Shown here one piece after another: positions 21,850 to 34,041 of a stretch of DNA of 34,398 bases; the stretch's first letter is position 1, and each line of letters opens with the position of its first letter. The notes under the pieces were generated by a model. It worked only from the letters and a program-made list of their open reading frames with translations, was not told where the DNA came from and ran no database searches. The position numbers were made by a program, and so were the translations under genes. Source of the DNA: Macrostomum lignano (taxonomy: Eukaryota); the NCBI GenBank assembly GCA_002269645.1, contig NIVC01003814.1:1-34398 (forward strand), given 5' to 3'.

Positions 21850-24800
21850 TGTTGTCGTGTTTCTGTTTACGAGAAGTCTTGTGAGAGTGGGGTAGGCAAG
21901 AGTGAGAAAGGCAAAAAGCCTGGGTAGAAGAGTTATCTCTTTAAAAAGGCAAGACTATAACTATCAGCGGGGACTGGGGAGGTTGAGGTTGTATTGTAGC
22001 TCGAGTGTACAGTGTGGACCTAGAGCGAGGGGCCCGGGCCGGGGGGGGGCAAGTAAAATCAATAAAAAGTCTCTCTGCTTTCTGCCCTCAAACGGAGGGG
22101 ATGTACACCGTGAAGGAAAAAGAATGTACACTGGGACCGGACTGACTGTACGCAGAATGCGGCTTGTTATCGGTACAGAGCGGTTTTACTGCTGCGCAGT
22201 GCGCCTGCTGTGTATGCGATAAAGGCATGCCAAGTGGTAAATGTAATAACTTAGGTCTCCTCCATTATACACACGTAAATGAGGCCAAAATTTCTTTGAC
22301 AAAGAATTTGTTCTACACAAATTCAGCTGCAGCCAAGCTCTCAACTTCTCAAGCAACTACTTAAATAGGGGTATAGGAAAAACCCTTTAAATTCTGGTTC
22401 ACTTGAAGCTCGTATATTACAATGGGAGTGCTTTATTAGCTCAAAATATCAAAACCCTGAAAACATGCTATAACAAAAACCGCGCCGTAGTTTTCGACGT
22501 GAAACTTCGAGTTTTTGAACCCCCCCCCGACTATGGGCACGGGGTAATAAAGTGCTTGCTTTCTTATATATTAAATGCAATTAATAAGTGAAGTTAGTGC
22601 TCATTCAGTGTAGAAGCATAAAGTTAAAAAAATGAGATGAATTTTAAATAAAACATAGATTTAAACTAGCTGAGGAATCATTTAAAGAACTGAAATAAAT
22701 TCTCTTTCTCCGCAACCAGCAGAAACAAAAGAAACAAAACAAAAGAAACGAAGATGTTTCTTGCCAGCGTAGCTAGTTCATTTGAAACCATAAATTTCAA
22801 ATTTAGGAATTTTTATGCACAGGTTTTTTGTTTTTCTATTTTCATTTCTTCTGCATAAACTTTCTCGGAATGAGAAACTGATTATTTTACACTAACACTG
22901 CTCCAAACTCCAATCCAACATGCACAAAAGGTTGCATGAAAAAAATGGTTTCCAGTCTTTGAAAATATAAACCTTACACAAAATTTTACAATTCTCCAGC
23001 GCAGCGAAAAAATGATTGCCGCGAAAACGTGCCAACTATTTTCTGTTGTTTTTTGGCTAGAGAAAAAGAGCATAATGACAGGCAAGATTGCTTATCCAGG
23101 GCAGCAACGGTCTGTGGATGAATGAACTAAAGGCTTTAGTCTTTAGACTCAAACCCTAACCCCGAGACTAATTAATGTACCACTCTTAAGGAAATGTTCA
23201 TTTCGTAAATATACAATGGTGCGAATGTACAGGCACAGTCAAACTGAACATTCTACGCACACTGCACTCTCGTCCTCAAGTGTAAAATTAGCTAAAGCAA
23301 GTTCCCTTTTCTAGCAGTGTATTTGCACGGGTTATAAATACGATGTGTTGCCCCAGTCTAACTCCATTCCAACAAGCATACACATACTCAGCCCTATATG
23401 CCTTGCTTTACCAGCATCGATTTGGTAAGTTTGGTGTCTAATTCTTGAATTTATTTGCTTCAGGTTGCTACACTTTAGGAAGTAAGGGGCGCAGCACAGA
23501 GGTGTCACTTTGCATATGGAGCGCCCTACTTGGGCGCAATGGCGAGGCACCATTGACGGATGCCATACCTGGTGGGGCAGCCTGATAGGTCTCTTGAGCT
23601 GATTACACTGTTGTGATAAGGGGACATTTTCTTTGCCTTCAAACCCTTGTCTTTGCCCCTGACGCTGTATTTGCAGAGGTGTTCTAAGGTCTACATGCAT
23701 GGGTACTCTCATGTCCTCGGGTAGAGGGGGGTGCGGCTACCCCTGGATTCGCCTTGTATAGAAAATCGTATCAAGAATTTTTCTAATTCAAAGACTAATT
23801 TTTTGTAGCTGTACACATTCGAACGTTGTAACAAGTTATGCCATATGGTCTACTAGCAGTAGGCTACCAGCATTTTTTATCTCTTTTTTCCCCATGATCT
23901 GAAAAAAATTACTACGAGCGTACGTATAATAAATAGGTCAATATTTTTTTCTGTTATTGTTAAATCAATATTTACGCTCGTATTCTTCTTAGAGTTTGAT
24001 TTTTAGCTGTTTTCTCGTCGTAAATCATTTCTTGACAGCGAATAGACAGCGTCTGAAGCCAACCATCAAATTTGTGGGATAATTACGTGTAAATAATAAC
24101 AATTATCGGGTCGAAAAGATTGCACAAACTGCTTAAATGATATTTTACGTATAACTTATTTCTACACACAGGCGGTCAATAAGCTAAGCATTCTATTTGT
24201 TCTACGCATTTACAGTTTTGGACAATTACAATCGAAAAGAGTGCATAAAGCCAACATCACCTCTAGCATCGATGAGGCTGCATGGTTAGCCTGACGCTGG
24301 TCTCCAGGCGGACCTGAATTTATTGCTTTGTTCTACTGCTTCAGTCTCTGTGAGCATCATGTCATTTTATTTCCTCAATCCTGACTGTACTGTACTAGAA
24401 GAATACTGTATTGTAATAATTACAGAGCTTAAAGGCATTCTACGAGTAAGACGTGATTGCACGTAATTAGGAGGATATCCTATATGCTAAAATTGGATAA
24501 TATAACGCAAAAAGCACGTATATATGCGACTTAGAAACAGTTTTTGTAGAACGAGCTACTTTTTACGTACATTAATGATTTGATCGAAAAATTCGCCATT
24601 TCGCTACCACAAATTACAAGCTTATCATGAACGCGTTGTGCTACGAGTTACAAGTGCTAGTAAAGGGAAATTTGAACAAGTTAAGATTGGTATCATTCCC
24701 ATCGTCCTATTAACGGGCCTCGTAAAAGTTAGCGTAGTCTAGCTGGAATCGGACGCGGCTAATTATCATAACGCAGATACTTTGTTATTGATCGATCGGA

Positions 24801-26245
24801 AATTCGATCTGTCAAAAATTCTAAGGCGGTGATGAGTTATCCTTAGCGAGCACTTTGGTTGCTGTCTCTTCTCAACTGTCTGAGAACGCTCAATCCTGTT
24901 AATGCTATCCATAAAGAACTTTCAGCATTATATAGTTCAACAAAATTGTCGCCAAAGTTTTCGAATTACTCGTGTTTTGTCTTGACAAAATTCCACATTT
25001 ATACAATTCCGTAACACAGAAGTAGTGTTCTGCCGCAGTCGTCTAGGCATCTCACAAGAACAGGCAGAGACTTACTAACTTATGTTGTAACGGGTTTCTG
25101 ATTGTTTACTTCAATACTTTATCAATAAACAATAGCGATACGTTTTTTTCTCTCGTCAATCATGAGGTCGCGAACTCACGAAGTGAAATACAAGTAGTTA
25201 CCGAGAAAACAAACTGGAACAAAAACAAAATTTTATGTTGCCAACGCGCTTTGTCGTCACCAAATACTTTATACTCGTAAAATATTTACTTTATAAAAAA
25301 TACGGCTGGTATAATAAATTCATAAAGAACAGCATGTACAAAAATCCAAAGTCGAGTCGATTCAGTACGGTAAAGATTCAAACCTATAATAGGGGAAAGA
25401 TGAAGGTAGAGAGGGAGAGAGTTATACGCTATATAGGTACAGCTCACAGTACTCTGAGCTCAGGCTCCACCCCAATTACCAGCTAGCTGCATATATTCAA
25501 GCTGGACATTATGATATGGGATGCTTGAATTATCTTAAGCTAATAGCCTTGTTTGCAAACACTGTGTTTTTAATTTGTGTTTTAACACTTAAAACAGCTG
25601 AATCGGTTTACTGACACAACATGATTTACACCCAAGCAGATGATCGATCATTAATTGCAGAGTTTTTTTTAGCATTTAGGCCGCTAGCTCATTAATTGCT
25701 CTTGAGTGCAAGTGTCGCTTGGTTTGCCCTATATAAGAAACACTCTGATCATCAGACCAGCAAAATTGGTAAACAACACCAGCCTTAAGAGCAAGAGGTT
25801 GCTCATAACCGTACTTGTTTTTAGGTTTTCTTATGCCGTATCCAAATATTATATTTTTGTCGTGAGGCAGCTCAGTCCTAGTCTTATAGTCTAGACTTCA
25901 GAGCTTAATCAGCTTTATCAGGGCAATTAGCTAAAATACGATTTTTCAAGTTAGGATACATGTACATCAGAAATTGGATTTATTTCACCGTTACACATCC
26001 AATACAGTTGTTTCATTAAAAAAATTAGTGTTTGGCTCAGCTACAAAGGCTCAAAGCAAGTCGTGCGAGCTATAAATTGCGAGCTATAAATACAAGCATA
26101 TACGCTCGTAGCTGTGTTTTTAGGCTTGAAGTTTCTTGTTAAAGTTTCTCTATGTTGAAATTCAATTTATTTTTGAAGATATTGTCTCCATTTTTATGTC
26201 TACATGTATACGATGTGCGTTGCAGATTCACTACAAGTCACCATC

Positions 26246-28368
26246 ATGGATGATTTTTTTCGGCTGCTTGCCTCTATGTCAGCTGATAGTTCAGAGCTAT
26301 CGGAAAATATTGTAAAACAGCACAGTAAAATGCTGGAAAAAATGAAATCAAAAATGGAGCGAATGGAAAACCGTCTGCTAAGGTCCAAAAGTCTTCCAAA
26401 AGAGGTTCGGAAGTTGATTGTAGCAGCGAGAATAGGGAATCATTCTAAGTGTTCAGGAATCTTAGTAAAAGGCACAGACGTCAATAGCAGAGGAGCCAGC
26501 AATGAAACGGCTCTTTGTGCAGCAGCCTCTGGTGGACACTCAAACCTGTTAAATTTGCTTTTGGAGTATGGCGCGGATGTCAATGCTTCAGATGATGATG
26601 GGGACACTCCTTTGATGTATGCCGTCATGGCTGACGAACTAGGTTTCATCAAGTCCTTGGTAACCATCTGTGCGGATAAAGTTGATATCAATGCAAAGAA
26701 CAAGTCTGGTAAGACAGGAATTGAGATGGCTTTTAAATCAGGAAAAGAGAAGATAGTGAAATTTCTCTCGCAAAGGAACGCAAAATTTGATTGCAAAGAA
26801 AAACAAAAAAAGACGCTTTTTAAGTACGCGGAAGAAGGCAAAACGTATTTCATTAAGTTTTGGTTTGAACAACATTCTGCGCGTGAAACTGCAATAAACA
26901 TGACTTGGAGGTCGCGTACCTTGGCCTTGGTTGCGGCTCTTAATGGCAAACTGAACGTTATAAAAGTCCTGTACGACAATGGTGCCAACTTGGATATCCC
27001 CGACGAGGACGGCGACACGCCTTTATTTTGTGCCGCACAGAACGGATTCAGTGAAATTATTAGGTTCCTCGTGAGTAAAAATTGTGATGTGAATCACAGA
27101 AACAAGACGGGCAGAACTCCAATTTCGGCAGCCATAGGAAGTAGAAACTTTGAAATCGCTCGCTACTTCTACGATCACGGAGCCAGACTAACAGTTGTTG
27201 ACATGGAAAAAATTTCCCTGTTGCTATTGTCAGTAGCCTCTGGTTCAACTGAGTTATTTAAATTTATGTGTGAGCATCTTCCAGAAGAAAGTCTGCAATT
27301 CGACGAAGTTACAACGGACGGCGAGACATGCCTTCTTGCGGCGTCCCAAACCAATAACGTTGAAATATTTAAGGCCATATTGGCGAAAAAAGTGGATTTC
27401 AACCATAGAAACAAACATGGCATGTCAGCAGCCTTGCGAGCAGCACATAATAATCAGCTTGAGATGGTGAAACTGCTGCAGGAGTTTGGAGCCAACCTAG
27501 ATCTACCAAACAATGGCAACCAGACGGCGATTCTTTCTGCCGCCCAACAAGATAACATGCCTCTATTAAAACTTTTGGTAGATACTAATCGGTGCAACAT
27601 TCACGTTCAAGACTACAATGGAGAGACACTTGTTTACCATGCAGTGAAAAATCGTGACATAGAAATGCTTTGCTTTCTGATCGAGTCCGGAGCCCCGATA
27701 GATGAAGCTGACGTATGTGGCAACACTCCATTTATTGTTGCAGTTCATGATGACTGCATTGAAGCAGTACAAAGGTTGGTTGAAAAAGGCCGAGTAAATT
27801 TGAACAGGAGAAATGCCAAAGGACACACAGCAGTTCTTCTAGCAGTAAACAATGAGTCAGAAAATATGCTGAAATATCTCCTTGGCCTAGGTTGCGAAAG
27901 TGACATAAGTGACAGATCTGGCGATACGCCCCTTTTGCTTGCGGTGAAGAAAAAGAATTACAAACTGGCAAAGCTTCTTACAACACAAGAGAACAAGGAG
28001 TGCGATTCGAACACTGCCGAAACGAAGACACGAAGTTCCTGCTTGCATGCATCAGCAAAAGCCACGAATCCTGCTTTTATCAATCTTCTAAGCCGAATAG
28101 GTGCGAATCTGGACATGGTGGATAGTGAGAGGAACACACCATTCGCAAAATCTGCTAAGAAGGATTCTGCTTACCTAACTATACTTTCCGCGAAAGGTGC
28201 AGATGTCAACAGACGAAATTCTAGAGGTCAAAATGCAGCGCATTTGTGTACATTCCAAAAGATGAGCAATCTTGTAGTTCTTGAGGCCTTAGGCTGCTGT
28301 ATTGATGTCGAAGATTTTGAAGGCAATGCTCCAATTCACCTGGCTGTAAAAATAGAGAATTATCCAGC
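26246..28368 (+). CDS. Giant ankyrin-repeat protein, segment 1 of the 5.4 kb exon (short N-terminal coiled-coil-like region, then ANK repeats)
   Basis: Recurrent G-x-T-[PA]-L-x-x-A...LL..GA..N motifs about every 33 aa. Acceptor TTGCAG| at 26225 followed by ATCATGG at 26246. The frame breaks at CCAGCGTAG. Confidence 0.8.
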
Positions 28369-31175
28369 GTAGAATTCCTGATCGAACAGGGCGCTGAAAT
28401 CGATTTTCCCAACCGAAAGGGCAATACGCCCATACATTTAGCCTGCAAAAAGGGTTCGAGCGTTATATGCGAAAGTCTTCTTGAGCAAAATGCCAAGTTG
28501 AAAACAATGAACAATCGCAAGCAGACCGAATTGATGTTGGCCTGCACGTCCAGAAATGAAAATATAGTTAAAATTCTTCTAATGCGTTACAGTAAGGAGG
28601 AAATTAATCTACAAGATATATTCAGAAGGACTGCATTGCATTATGCTGTGAAGTCGAAAAGCGAAAACGCCGCGAACCGCTTGATCGAAGCTGGTGCAGA
28701 TGTAAACATTCTGGATATTGATGGTCTCGCACCTATTCTACTTGCAGCTAAAACAAGCCAATGGAACGTTCTCAGTAGGGCTGTAGAAAATATCGATTCG
28801 AATTTATTGCTCAAATCAAAGAATGGAGAATCAATAGCACACTTTGCAGCCTCTAACTCAAGCATTGAGACTCTGAAAAAGCTCAAAGAGAAGCTAGTAC
28901 CACTGACGGAACTAACTGAAGAAAGTGAGTCCTGTCTAACTCTGGCTGCCACTGGCGGATCAATAGAAGTTTGTGAGTTCCTCATTTCTGAAGGAAATCA
29001 AGTCAGTCACTGTAACAGAAAAGGCGAGAATGCAATTTGCAAGGCTGCTAAAGCAAAAAATTCTGAGCTGTTTTTCCATCTGGCTACTTGCCACAGAGCG
29101 GATTTTCTGCTCAAGGATGAAAACGGCAACAGTAGCCTCTACTATTTTCTAGACGGCTCCGAGAGCCTTGATCATTCTGCCATATCAGAACTCCTTCTGG
29201 ACGTTGATGAACAGAACCTAATCGATCTCAATTCACAGGGATTCGGACTCTGTCATATGGCAGCCAAGAAAGATAGCGTCAAGCTCCTTCGCGAGCTGCG
29301 GGACCGTGGATGGGATCTGAGTAAAACTACAGCAAGTGGCGAAACTTGTATCACTCTTGCAGCGAAAACCAGCGGATCAAAGGCACTGAAGTTTCTACTT
29401 GAACTCTCTCGTAACAAGGACGCAATGGAACCAGAGCTTTCCAAAAGTAAACAAGAGCAAGAGAAGGCTTTTCGAATTTGTGCTGAACTAGGAAAGATAG
29501 AACTGACTGACGAGTTATTCAGTCGTGGTGTTAATGTCAACGCCACCGACGAAGAGGGCAACACTGCTTTGATGATAGCTTGTCAGCACAAGCAGAATGA
29601 CTTTGCCTTAAGCCTACTTTCCAGGGAATCGATACCTCGAGTTGATGTGGATGTAAAAAACCAAAACGGATTCTCTGCACTTCATTTTGCCAGCAAGAAT
29701 CAGCTTACTGATTGCGTTGAAAAGCTGCTCAGCCTTGGAGCCAAAACTGACTCTGGTAATTCCGAAGGTTACACCTGTCTACATGAGGCCGTGAGGGGCC
29801 CTGACTCGACTGACGTTGCCGAACTACTAATAGATTCTGGCTGTGATGTTAATCAGAAGACCTCTAGCGACGAGACAAGTTTATTGTTGGCACTTAAAAA
29901 AGGAAGTAAGAAATTGACTAAGTTTCTGATTAGTCGAGGAGCAAGAGTGGATGCAGAAAAAGTTCCAATATCTTTGGTGGTAAAAAAGTTCTTGTCGCAG
30001 GGCCGAAGAGAAATCATAACTTGGCTACTCAAGCTCGAACCAAAGCTGGATGTAAACAAAGTCGATGCTGATGGCCGTCATGTACTTTTTGACGTCATCG
30101 ACCATGGAGCGGAAGAAATCCTGAGGCTTTTCATTTCTATTGGAGCCGATATTGACTGCGAAGACAAACGTAGTGTCACACCATTTCTTCACGCTTTAGC
30201 AGTTGGCAGAGAAGATTTAGCAAAGGTATTGCTTGAACGAGGTTGCAACACTGAGAAACGAGCGGCCAATGGATTTGATTGTGTTTTGGCTGCTGTCTCT
30301 ACGAGGCGTCTCTTCACTCTAAAATGGTTGTTTAATCATGTATCCGGACTAAACAGTCGTCCACAAGCAGAGATCAGAGGTAAAAATGCGTTGCACTTTT
30401 GCTGCCAAATTGGACACCCACAGATGTTTAAACTGCTGCTTGAGAATGGCTTCGATCTGAACAAACAGTGCGATATTGGCTGGACTCCCATAGACTACGC
30501 GATAGCCGAAGGGCATCTGGCGATTATAAAGGCAGCAGATGCAATACAGAACAGGACCTTCTTGAGTAGATACGAACATCATGCAAACACGGCAAGTGAT
30601 GTACCGTCACCTTTCGCTAAAGCTGCTGCTAACGGCTATGAAAGCATATTCAAGTTTCTCCATTCAATCGGTGTTAACTTTGAGGGCATAGCCGATACAA
30701 CCATTCCGTTTGCGTGTGGAAATGGACAGCAGCACATCATTAAATTTCTTCTTTCCGTTGGAGTTGATATCGAAGCGTATAAGAATCCAAAAAATGGCCA
30801 AACGGCTCTTCTTACAGCCATGTATTCGGGTGATTTGCACTTGATTAGCTTCCTTGTTGACAAAATTAGGTGTGACATTCGAGCTGTCTGTCATAACAGA
30901 AACACTGCTATTCAAGGAGCAGTCACTACGAACCAAGAAAGAATCCTGAATTATCTCATTAGCAAGGGTGCACTAATTGACGAACCGGATGCCGAAGGAG
31001 ACACTCCTGTTCTTGAAGCAGCACTTCTTGGACACCAGCGTATGCTAGACATCTTATTAGACCACAACTGCAACATAAAGAGGCTGAATAATCAGGCTCG
31101 AGGTGCTATTCATATGGCTGTTATAAAAAATGACAACCCAGAAATGCTCCAGTTCCTAATCGATAAAGAAATCCC
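28369..31175 (+). CDS. Giant ankyrin-repeat protein, segment 2 (after a 1-nt deletion near 28368)
   Basis: In the -1 frame the repeat continues without a gap: HLAVKIENYPA-VEFLIEQGAEIDFPNRKGNTPIHLA. Confidence 0.8.
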
Positions 31176-31621
31176 GCGAACGGCAGGGATGAAAAAGGCA
31201 ACACTGCCTGCATGATCGCCAGCTACCAAGGTCACCAAAAATCAGTAAAGCTCCTGCTTGAGCACGACCGAAGCCTCGGAAAAGAACGAAACGCAGACGG
31301 TTCAACGCCAGCACTGCTGGCCGCAATGAAAGGCAAGCATGAGGTTCTTCAAGTTCTGGCAGAAAATGATTGTTTGGAAGCTAATGACGTAGACAACGAT
31401 GGCAGCACAATCCTGATGATGGCCATTCAGTCCGGCTCTGTGCCAACAGTAAGAATGCTTCTGGAAACGGGTGACTGCAACACAACTGCTGTGAACAACA
31501 ATGGGATTGGCGTTCAAACGCTGGCGACGCAGTGTCGCGATGAAGCGATGCTGGAGCTACTGAGGCAGTTCGGTATTGAAGGCCAACTGGCAGAGGCTGA
31601 GGCAACTGAGGCGCAGCAAAC
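31176..31621 (+). CDS. Giant ankyrin-repeat protein, segment 3 (after a 1-nt deletion near 31175), ending at a splice donor
   Basis: IDKEIP-ANGRDEKGNTACMIA restores the ANK consensus. The apparent stop ACG TAA coincides with a strong donor AC|GTAAGA (phase 2). Confidence 0.75.
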
Positions 31622-31710
31622 GTAAGATTTTTTATTTTTGCCAAACTGTACTATCAATTTCCCGCTGTTATTCTTATTCCGATAGTAATTTTACCTATCT
31701 TAATTTTACC

Positions 31711-32080
31711 GGGGCCGTAGCCCAGCGGTAGCGCAGCTGCTCTGGTGTGCCAGCGACCCAGGCTCGATTCCAAGTGCAGTCACATTAATTTGGGGCTAAA
31801 TTGGAATCTCGGCTTGGCTCTTCTCGTGCAATTAACGGCCTTGAGAGTCAACCCCCCAAGGCGCAGTGAAGTGTACATGCCTAACGATAAAATAAAGTTA
31901 GGGCCACTGTACACTCCTGTGTGAGTGTGTGCCTGCGCGTATGACTGCGTACGTATCCGCGCGCTTGTATGCCTGCTCAGGGGAGTCGGCGGAATGGGCA
32001 GAAATGCCTCTCACCGGTTGTGTGCCTATGTCGTTTAAAGTGCGTTAGGGTGCACACAACCCCCTGCCTGTAATAAAAAA
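31711..32080 (+). mobile_element. tRNA-derived SINE in the intron after the giant ANK exon
   Basis: Head GGGGCCGTAGCCCAGCGGTAG (A box) and GGCTCGATTCC (B box, 31761), a unique body, an AATAAAAAA tail, and AATTTT(TT)ACC on both flanks as an imperfect TSD. Confidence 0.8.
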
Positions 32081-32226
32081 TTTTTTACCTAAGACTTAAG
32101 GGTCTTATTTTGTTAGTAAGTGTCGTTCATTTAAAAAGAATTAACTGTTGTCTCGGATCAAATGCTCGATATTCGTAGTTTGTAATTAAATAAATTCGCT
32201 GGATTTATACAATAACCCAATTGCAG

Positions 32227-32274
32227 GAGTACCGTTGGGCGTCCGATAGAACTGCTGATTTTTACCCCGGACAC
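32227..32274 (+). CDS. ANK gene tail exon A (48 nt, phase 2-2): STVGRPIELLIFTPD
   Basis: TTGCAG| acceptor, |GTAAGT donor, and open only in the frame set by the 31621 donor when joined to exon B. Confidence 0.6.
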
Positions 32275-32385
32275 GTAAGTTTAAACCACACGTAATGAGA
32301 TGAATTTTACTAGCAAACTTGAAATCTTTCTACAATAATAATAATATTCCAAATTGACCGAAATATTCTTCCCATCATAATTTAG

Positions 32386-32472
32386 ACCCGAAGAACAGGA
32401 AAGCGAAGAAGACACAGATCAACAACAGGAAGAACTCGAAGTATCTGCAAGCGAAATTTTCAATGATGCAGC
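32386..32472 (+). CDS. ANK gene tail exon B (87 nt, phase 2-2): acidic PEEQESEEDTDQQQEELEVSASEIFNDA
   Basis: TTTAG| acceptor, |GTAAGC donor, and purine-rich exon-like sequence within AT-rich DNA. Confidence 0.6.
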
Positions 32473-32661
32473 GTAAGCAATGTTACATTTTTATCAGTTT
32501 GATAGAAGAAAGGACATACTAAAGAACAGTACACCATTTAAGAACTTTAAATACAATTGTGAAATTTTTGCCGGCTATTAAAGCAGTTATTTTATGGTTC
32601 ATAATTCCCTAAAACTTATTATAAGGCAATGTCTGATCAACGTAACTAAAAAACCACACAG

Positions 32662-32736
32662 ATCGCAACGCAGCAGATCAACATACAGATCTACCATGCA
32701 TGCCGTGCGTCACGCTCCGATCCTCGTCTCCGATGG
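32662..32736 (+). CDS. ANK gene tail exon C (75 nt, phase 2-2): SQRSRSTYRSTMHAVRHAPILVSD
   Basis: TAACTAA branch-like site, CACAG| acceptor, and |GTTAGT donor (weaker). Confidence 0.45.
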
Positions 32737-32855
32737 GTTAGTACACGTTGCCATACTTCAGGGGTCGGCAAACTGCGGAAAACTCCCACATACGGCCCGC
32801 GAAGCCTCTCTATCCGGCCCTCAGGTCCTTGGAAACTTCACAACAACATTGGGGC

Positions 32856-33247
32856 CAGGGGCGTAGCCAGGAATTTCTCACGGGGGGGATGCAAGGATAT
32901 AAATGAGTAAAGCTGCTGCTACTTGTACAGCTTGCTGGCCCAATGACAGTTCACAAGAAAAGTGCCGTAAATCAAATATGTAGGTGATAGGTAGCTATGA
33001 ACGGCCAGTCAAGTTTCTAATTCGATGAAAATCGCACAATTTAGTGAAAAAATAGAAAAAATTCTTTCTACTGAATGCTTGAGTAAATGAAAATCGTTTT
33101 TTACTTGCTGCACTAGCATGCACTATGCTTTCCAATGTATCAATTTTGAATACAAACCTTAGAGATTTAGTAATTTCTTACACCCACCAACCAGGCCCAC
33201 GGGGGGGGGGATACATCCCCAAATCCCCCACCTTGACTACGCCACTG
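32856..33247. mobile_element. hAT-like MITE with a perfect 8-bp TSD
   Basis: Ends CAGGGGCGTAGCC / GACTACGCCACTG. ATTGGGGC is duplicated at 32848-32855 and 33248-33255. G-runs lie inside both ends. Confidence 0.88.
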
Positions 33248-33289
33248 ATTGGGGCCCGGCCCGTTCAAGGCTTATGATTCTTATTAGCT

Positions 33290-33341
33290 CTCTATTCTTC
33301 TTTCTCTCCTCTCCTCTCCCCTCTCATCTCTCCTCTCTCTG
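33290..33341 (+). repeat. CT-rich low-complexity tract
   Basis: CTCTCTATTCTTCTTTCTCTCCTCTCCTCTCCCCTCTCATCTCTCCTCTCTCT. Confidence 0.7.
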
Positions 33342-33580
33342 GCTCGCAGTCATGCGCTAGATTGTAAAGCTGGCCCTTTAAAAAGTTTAAAAAGTTTGTC
33401 GAGCCCTGCCATGCTTCCAACAGTGTATAAGCAGAAACTTTATTTGGAATTACGGGCGCCCGTAACTCTTAGGGGCGCCAATATTTGACGGGCGCCCGTC
33501 TCTTGGTCGGTTATAGAGATTTATTATTAGAACTGGATTTTGAATTCATGAATGCATTTATATGCTCGATTTCTTTGCAG

Positions 33581-33661
33581 AAATTTTATGCAAGAACCAG
33601 AACACGCGAACCAAACAGGATCGCTGATATCCAGCCATCATCCCGTGTCTGTAGCTGAAAG
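33581..33661 (+). CDS. ANK gene tail exon D (81 nt, phase 2-2): NFMQEPEHANQTGSLISSHHPVSVAE
   Basis: TTCTTTGCAG| acceptor, AG|GTTTGT donor, in frame with exons A-C. Confidence 0.5.
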
Positions 33662-33972
33662 GTTTGTCATCATTTTAACTTCTTTTTCAATAAGATTGGG
33701 TTTTTTATTTTCTTGCCACAAGTCTGGAACCCAGGTAAAATGTGGGCCGGGGCTGTACCAAAGCTTCTATTTTAAATGAGCAGACACACATGTAGCCCGA
33801 ACTTGGACTTCAATACAGCAGCAGCAAAACCCAAGTTTAACCTAGGATTTGGCAGCGAACCATGAATTGGTTCTATCCCTCTCAAGAAAGCACTGCTCCT
33901 GCTACAGAAATTACTAGAACTATGCATAGACTATAGGTGTGCAAACTATGGCTATTTTATAATTATCTACAG

Positions 33973-34041
33973 GGCCTCGACTGTGGCGTCGGCAAACCTA
34001 AGCGACATAAGGCACGATTCGCAGTCGATCGCATCCTAAAG
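33973..34041 (+). CDS. Probable ANK gene tail exon E (69 nt); contains the stop (34037-34039) if entered in phase 2
   Basis: CTACAG| acceptor and AAG|GTAAGA donor. Phase 2 gives RASTVASANLSDIRHDSQSIAS*. Phase 0 is also open and would continue into a further exon at 34137 (DTTTNDQLTDEE*). Unresolved. Confidence 0.4.

Noticed and set aside
23332-23712. 126-aa minus-strand ORF
   Set aside because: No recognisable motif, splice context or codon pattern; probably a repeat remnant.
26204-26245. ANK start at the ORF-track position 26204
   Set aside because: It lies upstream of a good acceptor (TTGCAG at 26225); ATCATGG at 26246 is the better start, though an upstream coding exon cannot be excluded.
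28340-28375. Programmed -1 ribosomal frameshift or a tiny intron in the ANK exon
   Set aside because: No X XXY YYZ heptamer at either break, and the ANK register leaves no room for an intron; a 1-nt deletion is simpler.
31711-31782. Functional tRNA gene
   Set aside because: The 5' GGGGCCG does not pair with the 3' end and the B box is imperfect; the body, tail and TSD indicate a SINE.
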